Shown here: in pieces, positions 54,841-64,000 of the stretch
How positions within the stretch are numbered: the first letter of the stretch is position 1
Layout of the letters: each line of letters begins with the position of its first letter
Assembly: GCA_964524005.1 (NCBI GenBank)
Contig: CAZGBK010000004.1
Span: 62,508-126,507, forward strand
Length of the DNA stretch: 64,000 nucleotides
From: an uncultured Enterobacteriaceae bacterium
GTDB lineage: Bacteria > Pseudomonadota > Gammaproteobacteria > Burkholderiales > UBA3065
Direction: 5' to 3'
Notes under the pieces: model-generated
Seen by the model: only the letters and a program-made list of their open reading frames with translations
The model's database searches: none
Told to the model about the DNA's origin: nothing
Made by a program: the position numbers and the translations under genes

Positions 54841-55491
54841 ATGGCCGACCGCATCGCGGTGATCGATTACGGAATGGGCAACTTGCGATCCGTCGCCAAG
54901 GCGCTGGAGCACGTCGCGCCAGCAGCGCGCGTTGAAGTCACCGCCGACCCGGCCGCGCTGGAAGCTGCCGATCGCATCGTCTTTCCCGGTCAAGGAGCAA
55001 TGCCCGACGCGATGCGCGCTCTGCAGCAGCTTGATCTGCTGCCGATGCTGCGCGAGGCGATGCAAGCCAAGCCTTTTCTGGGCATTTGTCTGGGCATGCA
55101 GATGCTGTTTGAGCACTCTGAAGAGGGCGACTGCGCTGGGCTGGGCGTGCTGCCGGGGCGGGTGCGGCGGTTTGCGCCGCCGGCCGAGGCTCACTCCGGA
55201 GGCGAGCGCCTGAAAGTGCCGCACATGGGTTGGAACGCAGTCAGCCAGATGCAGCCGCATCCATTGTGGCGTGGCATCGCCGACAGCAGCCGCTTCTACT
55301 TCGTACACAGCTACTACGCCGACCCGACCGACCCCGCGGTGATGACCGGCAGCAGCGCCTACCCCGGCCGCTTCTGCTGCGCAGTTGCGCGCGGCAGGCT
55401 GTTCGCCACACAATTTCATCCAGAGAAGAGCCAGGCGGCGGGGCTTGCCCTGCTGCACAACTTCGTCAACTGGGATGGCCAGTCGGCCTGA
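54841..55491 (+). CDS. hisH: Imidazole glycerol phosphate synthase, glutaminase subunit
   Basis: 216 aa, class I GATase with GICLGMQ. Confidence 0.94.
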   Translation: MADRIAVIDYGMGNLRSVAKALEHVAPAARVEVTADPAALEAADRIVFPGQGAMPDAMRALQQLDLLPMLREAMQAKPFLGICLGMQMLFEHSEEGDCAGLGVLPGRVRRFAPPAEAHSGGERLKVPHMGWNAVSQMQPHPLWRGIADSSRFYFVHSYYADPTDPAVMTGSSAYPGRFCCAVARGRLFATQFHPEKSQAAGLALLHNFVNWDGQSA

Positions 55492-55545
55492 CCACTCAAT
55501 CATGTCGCGGTGTTGAGCGACCATTGCTGAAATGACCTGCCAATC

Positions 55546-56298
55546 ATGCTGCTGATTCCAGCCATCGACCTCAAAGACGGACATTGTGTGCGTCTGAAGC
55601 AGGGTGTGATGGAGGGTGCCACCGTGTTCTCGGAAGACCCCGGCGCGATGGCCGCACACTGGGTCGCGCAGGGTGCACGCCGTCTCCACCTGGTCGACCT
55701 CAACGGCGCCTTTGCCGGCATCCCCAAGAACGAGGCGGCGATCAAGGCGATCGTCGAGGCCGTGGGTGATGACATCCCGATCCAGCTCGGTGGCGGTATC
55801 CGCGACCTCGACACCATCGAGCGCTACCTCGACGACGGCATCAGCTACGTCATCATTGGCACGCAGGCGGTCAAGACGCCCGGCTTCCTGTCCGATGCCT
55901 GCTCGGCCTTCCCCGGGCACGTGATGGTCGGCCTCGACGCCAAGGACGGCAAGGTCGCCATCGACGGCTGGTCGAAGATGACCGGCCACGACGTGCTCGA
56001 CCTCGCGCTCAAGTTCCAGGACTACGGCGTCGAGGCGGTGATCTACACCGACATCGGTCGCGACGGCATGCTCAGCGGCGTGAACGTCGATGCCACGGTC
56101 AAACTGGCCCGCGAGCTCACGGTGCCGGTCATCGCCAGCGGTGGCATCACCGGGCTCGACGATGTGCGCAATCTTTGCGCGGTCGAGGCCGAGGGCGTGA
56201 TGGGCGCGATCACGGGTCGCGCCATCTATCAGGGCACGCTGGATTTCGCCGCTGCGCAGTCGCTCGCCGACGCGCTCGCCGAGCCGGCGGGTCGCTGA
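55546..56298 (+). CDS. hisA: ProFAR isomerase
   Basis: 250 aa. [15 protein letters not shown] barrel. Confidence 0.94.
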   Translation: MLLIPAIDLKDGHCVRLKQGVMEGATVFSEDPGAMAAHWVAQGARRLHLVDLNGAFAGIPKNEAAIKAIVEAVGDDIPIQLGGGIRDLDTIERYLDDGISYVIIGTQAVKTPGFLSDACSAFPGHVMVGLDAKDGKVAIDGWSKMTGHDVLDLALKFQDYGVEAVIYTDIGRDGMLSGVNVDATVKLARELTVPVIASGGITGLDDVRNLCAVEAEGVMGAITGRAIYQGTLDFAAAQSLADALAEPAGR

Positions 56299-56333
56299 GC
56301 CCGGGCGGCCTCCTCGCGCCGTCTTAGTCCCTG

Positions 56334-57104
56334 ATGCTCGCCAAGCGAATCATCCCCTGCCTCGACGTCAACGCCGGCCGCGTCGTCAAGGGCATCAACT
56401 TCGTCGGGCTGCGCGACGCCGGTGACCCGGTCGAGGTGGCGCGCCGCTACGATGCTCAGGGCGCCGACGAACTCACCTTTCTCGACATCACGGCCAGCTC
56501 GGACGGTCGCGATCTGATCCTGCCGATCATCTCGGCGGTGGCCGAGCAGGTCTTCATCCCGCTCACCGTGGGTGGCGGCGTGCGCAAGGTCGAGGATGTG
56601 CGGCGGCTGCTCAATGCCGGCGCCGACAAGGTCAGCATCAACACCGCGGCGATCCTCAACCCCGACCTGGTGCGCGAGGCCGCCGACCGTGTCGGCAACC
56701 AGTGCATCGTCGTGGCGATCGATGCCAAGCGCGAAGGCGAGCGTTGGGGCGTCTACACCCACGGTGGCCGCAACGCGACGGGTCTCGATGCGGTCGAGTG
56801 GGCGCAGAGGGTGGTGTCGCTTGGCGCTGGCGAGATCCTGCTCACCTCGATGGACCGCGACGGCACCCGCAGTGGTTTCGACCTCGAACTGACGCGCGCC
56901 GTGGCCGACGCGGTGGATGTGCCGGTGATCGCCTCGGGCGGCGTCGGCTCGCTCGACGACCTCGCGGACGGTGTGACCCTGGGCCACGCCGACGCGGTGC
57001 TGGCTGCCAGTATCTTCCACTATGGTGAGCACACCGTCGGCGACGCCAAGCGGCGGATGGCCGAACGCGGTATCCCGGTGCGGATGTTCGAGGGGGGGTC
57101 GTGA
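56334..57104 (+). CDS. hisF: Imidazole glycerol phosphate synthase, cyclase subunit
   Basis: 256 aa. [12 protein letters not shown]. Confidence 0.95.
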   Translation: MLAKRIIPCLDVNAGRVVKGINFVGLRDAGDPVEVARRYDAQGADELTFLDITASSDGRDLILPIISAVAEQVFIPLTVGGGVRKVEDVRRLLNAGADKVSINTAAILNPDLVREAADRVGNQCIVVAIDAKREGERWGVYTHGGRNATGLDAVEWAQRVVSLGAGEILLTSMDRDGTRSGFDLELTRAVADAVDVPVIASGGVGSLDDLADGVTLGHADAVLAASIFHYGEHTVGDAKRRMAERGIPVRMFEGGS

Positions 57105-57499
57105 GCAAAGCGCCCGCCTGGCTGGACGCCGTGACCTTCGACAGCGACGGGCTGGTACCGGCCATCGCGCAGGACGCCGCTACCGGGGAGATCTTGATGG
57201 TGGCCTGGATGGACCGCGATGCGCTGCAGAAGACGGTCGAGACTGGCATCGCGCACTATTACTCGCGTTCCCGGGGCAGACCGTGGATGAAGGGCGAGGA
57301 GTCCGGCCATACGCAGCGCGTGCAAAGCGTCTGTCTAGACTGCGACGGCGACGTGTTGCGTCTGACCATCGAGCAGGCAGGGGGTATCGCTTGTCATACT
57401 GGCCGGCGCAGTTGTTTTTATCGGACGCTGCAGGGTGGCAAGTGGGTCGAGATTCTGCCGGTACTCAAACCGCCCGAGTCCATTTATCGCAAGCCCTGA
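57101..57499 (+). CDS. hisI: Phosphoribosyl-AMP cyclohydrolase
   Basis: 132 aa, overlaps the hisF stop. Conserved CDGD.L and C.TG motif region. Confidence 0.92.
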   Translation: MSKAPAWLDAVTFDSDGLVPAIAQDAATGEILMVAWMDRDALQKTVETGIAHYYSRSRGRPWMKGEESGHTQRVQSVCLDCDGDVLRLTIEQAGGIACHTGRRSCFYRTLQGGKWVEILPVLKPPESIYRKP

Positions 57500-57580
57500 C
57501 CGACGCGCGGAACAGCACCGAATGCGTTACCGTGTCGGCAGTCTCCCCAGCCTCGCCACCCCCTGCCCCACGCCAAGCCG

Positions 57581-57913
57581 ATGAGTACCGAGCCCCACGC
57601 TGACATCCTCGATCGTCTTTCACAGCTGCTGATTGAGCGGCGAGGCGCTGACCCATCGAGCAGTTATGTAGCGAAGCTGCATCACAAGGGCCTCGACGCG
57701 ATCCTCAAGAAGGTCGGCGAGGAAGCCACCGAGACTGTCATGGCGGCCAAAGATGGTGACCGTGAGCAGTTGGTGCGCGAGGTTGCCGACCTGTGGTTCC
57801 ATTCGCTGGTGCTCTTGGCCCATGTTGGCCTGGATGCCCGGGCGGTTCGCGCCGAGCTCGACCGCCGCGAGGGAGTGTCTGGCATTGAAGAGAAGGCATC
57901 ACGCAAGGACTGA
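57581..57913 (+). CDS. hisE: Phosphoribosyl-ATP diphosphatase
   Basis: 110 aa, MazG-like. KVGEEATE...EVADLWFH. Confidence 0.92.
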   Translation: MSTEPHADILDRLSQLLIERRGADPSSSYVAKLHHKGLDAILKKVGEEATETVMAAKDGDREQLVREVADLWFHSLVLLAHVGLDARAVRAELDRREGVSGIEEKASRKD

Positions 57914-57916
57914 GCG

Positions 57917-58258
57917 ATGAGCGACAACTGCATTTTCTGCAAGATCGTGCGCGGCGAGATCCCGTCGAGGACGATCTATCAGGACGAGGAATTTCTGGCT
58001 TTTCACGATATCCGACCGATCGCCCCTGTGCATTTTCTGGTGATCCCGAAGCGTCATGTCGAGTCGCTTGCACATTTCTCTGCCGAAGACGACGCGCTGG
58101 TTGGACGCATGCTACGTCTGGGCGCCCGACTGGCCGCCGAGCAGGGGCTGTCCGACGGGTTCCGCACCATGATCAATACCGGCAAAGGGGGCGGGCAGGA
58201 GGTGTTTCACGTGCATGCCCACATCTTCGGAGGCGGCGATATGCTGCCCAAGATCTAG
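57917..58258 (+). CDS. Histidine triad (HIT) nucleotide-binding protein
   Basis: 113 aa with CIFCKI and the HIT motif HVHAHIFGG. Confidence 0.9.
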   Translation: MSDNCIFCKIVRGEIPSRTIYQDEEFLAFHDIRPIAPVHFLVIPKRHVESLAHFSAEDDALVGRMLRLGARLAAEQGLSDGFRTMINTGKGGGQEVFHVHAHIFGGGDMLPKI

Positions 58259-58267
58259 GAGTCGACT

Positions 58268-58492
58268 ATGGGCACGTTCAGCATCTGGCACTGGCTGGTG
58301 GTTCTCGTGGTGGTGATCCTGGTCTTTGGCACAAAGAAGCTGCGTAATGTCGGCGGCGATCTAGGCGCCGCCGTGCGTAACTTTCGTGAGGGCATGCGCG
58401 ATGGCGCCGCCGATGCCGGAAGCGATGACAAGGGGCGCACCCTCGAGGGCGAAGCCAAGCGTGAAGATGGCGACAAGGGCTCCCGGCCCTAG
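58268..58492 (+). CDS. tatA: Twin-arginine translocase subunit TatA
   Basis: 74 aa. [27 protein letters not shown] matches the TatA/E (FGTKKL) pattern, not the TatB pattern. Confidence 0.9.
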   Translation: MGTFSIWHWLVVLVVVILVFGTKKLRNVGGDLGAAVRNFREGMRDGAADAGSDDKGRTLEGEAKREDGDKGSRP

Positions 58493-58536
58493 GCGCCAAA
58501 GGGCTTTCGCGGTCGATCTGTGACGTGGCGGTGCCG

Positions 58537-59349
58537 ATGAGTCCAAAGCAAGATCCGCCGGATTCGCCACTGCGCGGCCAGGATGTCTTGCCAGAGCGGG
58601 TGCCGCAGGAGATGTCGCTGGTCGAGCACCTGATCGAGCTGCGCACCCGGATGATCCGCGCGCTGGTCGCGATGGTGGTGGCTTTCGTGCTGATGGTGCC
58701 GTTCGCGCAGCCGCTCTACACCTGGCTTGCCGGGCCCCTCATGGACAAGCTGCCGGCCGGCGCGAGCATGATCGCTACCGGCGTGGTCACGCCCTTTTTC
58801 GTGCCCCTGAAGGTGGCCTTGCTGGCCGGGTTTCTGTTGGCCCTGCCGGCGGTGCTGTACCAGGCTTGGGCCTTTATTGCGCCGGGACTGTATGCGCACG
58901 AGCGGCGGTGGGTCGTGCCTTTGATCGTGACTAGCACCCTGCTATTTTGCGTCGGTATGGCCTTCGCCTACTTCGTGGTGATGCCGGTGGTCTTCGGCTT
59001 TGTGACCGCGGTGGCGCCAGAGGGCGTGGCGGTGATGACCGACATCGCAGCCTATTTCGATTTCGTCTTCGGATTGCTGTTGGCGTTTGGCGTGACCTTC
59101 GAGGTCCCGGTGGTGGTGGTGGTGATGATGAAGGCTGGGCTCGTCACTGCCGAGCGCTTGCGCCAGTGGCGGCCCTACGTGATTGTCGGGGCTTTCGTCC
59201 TTGGCGCCATTTTCACCCCGCCCGACGTGATTTCGCAGCTGCTGATGGCGATCCCGCTCTGGCTTTTGTACGAGCTTGGCATCGTTCTGGGGCGCATCGT
59301 CGCCCCGTTGCCGCAGCACCACAACGGTGCATCAAGCGATCGCGCTTAA
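58537..59349 (+). CDS. tatC: Twin-arginine translocase subunit TatC
   Basis: 6-TM protein with EHLIELRTR and PPDVISQ motifs. Start uncertain (GTG 58525, ATG 58537 or ATG 58612). Confidence 0.9.
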   Translation: MSPKQDPPDSPLRGQDVLPERVPQEMSLVEHLIELRTRMIRALVAMVVAFVLMVPFAQPLYTWLAGPLMDKLPAGASMIATGVVTPFFVPLKVALLAGFLLALPAVLYQAWAFIAPGLYAHERRWVVPLIVTSTLLFCVGMAFAYFVVMPVVFGFVTAVAPEGVAVMTDIAAYFDFVFGLLLAFGVTFEVPVVVVVMMKAGLVTAERLRQWRPYVIVGAFVLGAIFTPPDVISQLLMAIPLWLLYELGIVLGRIVAPLPQHHNGASSDRA

Positions 59350-59398
59350 ACCATTGTCCTGCAAGGGTTGACGACATCCCGCAGTGCGTCAATTCTGT

Positions 59399-59427
59399 TT
59401 GCTCGAATGGCCTTGTGAACCTAGAAT
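59399..59427 (+). promoter_or_regulatory. Sigma70-like promoter TTGCTC-17-TAGAAT upstream of gltB
   Basis: -35 at 59399-59404, exact 17-nt spacer, -10 at 59422-59427. A second weaker pair is TTGACG(59368)-17-AATTCT. Confidence 0.5.
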
Positions 59428-59439
59428 ACGTGGCCCCAC

Positions 59440-59462
59440 GCCCGACCAATCGGGCCTTTTTT
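59440..59462 (+). terminator. Intrinsic terminator-like hairpin between tatC and gltB
   Basis: GCCCGA-CCAA-TCGGGC followed by C and six T. Begins 91 nt after the tatC stop and ends 50 nt before the gltB ATG. Confidence 0.6.
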
Positions 59463-59511
59463 GTCTGGGCAGGACCATTCTGTCCAACCATATGCAGGAA
59501 GCTTCAGCGCG

Positions 59512-63993
<4,482 letters not shown>

Positions 63994-64000
63994 GTCGACC

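Noticed and set aside
58203-58218. TGTTTCACGTGCATGC, resembling the parS consensus TGTTTCACGTGAAACA.
   Set aside because: Only the left half plus the centre match (12/16) and the right arm is not palindromic. It lies inside the HIT gene, where it encodes the conserved VFHVHAH motif. I found no full parS by eye elsewhere in the window, but that search was not exhaustive.

Overview
GC-rich proteobacterial chromosome, origin-proximal core region. Almost every base is explained by housekeeping genes. I saw no tRNA or rRNA genes, CRISPR array, transposase, integrase or phage genes. The gene order from the left edge is: dnaA (minus strand, truncated by the edge, missed by the ORF track), then rpmH-rnpA-yidD-yidC-mnmE-mnmG-rsmG-parA-parB-atpIBEFHAGDC-glmU-glmS on the plus strand. 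Next come a bactofilin / coiled-coil membrane protein / M23 peptidase operon, two divergent TonB-dependent receptors, metXW, ptsI, an orphan ParA-like ATPase and uvrD. These are followed by grxD, argH, gshA-gshB-EIIA(Man)-HPr-lnt, a MidA-like methyltransferase and an SDR. Then come lpxO, ttcA, an aminotransferase, lpxH-ppiB-ppiA, cysS, lysS and mnmC. The window ends with a his cluster with hisC inverted, a HIT gene, tatA-tatC and gltB. I did not find a convincing new multi-gene system such as a defence island. The observations most worth follow-up are listed here. (1) Five operon-first genes carry a TAnnnT hexamer exactly 6 nt before an ATG and lack a Shine-Dalgarno, which suggests leaderless mRNAs. 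(2) The translationally coupled bactofilin / unknown bitopic protein / M23 peptidase module lies directly behind glmS. (3) A metal-regulated divergent receptor locus has a near-consensus promoter overlapped by Fur-like boxes, a small Cys/His secreted protein, and a receptor with a His/Asp/Glu-rich loop. (4) hisC is inverted inside the his cluster. (5) An orphan ParA-like ATPase is preceded by tandem direct repeats. All family calls come from reading the translations; no database search was possible. Hand-located motif coordinates were cross-checked against ORF-track coordinates but could be off by 1-2 nt.
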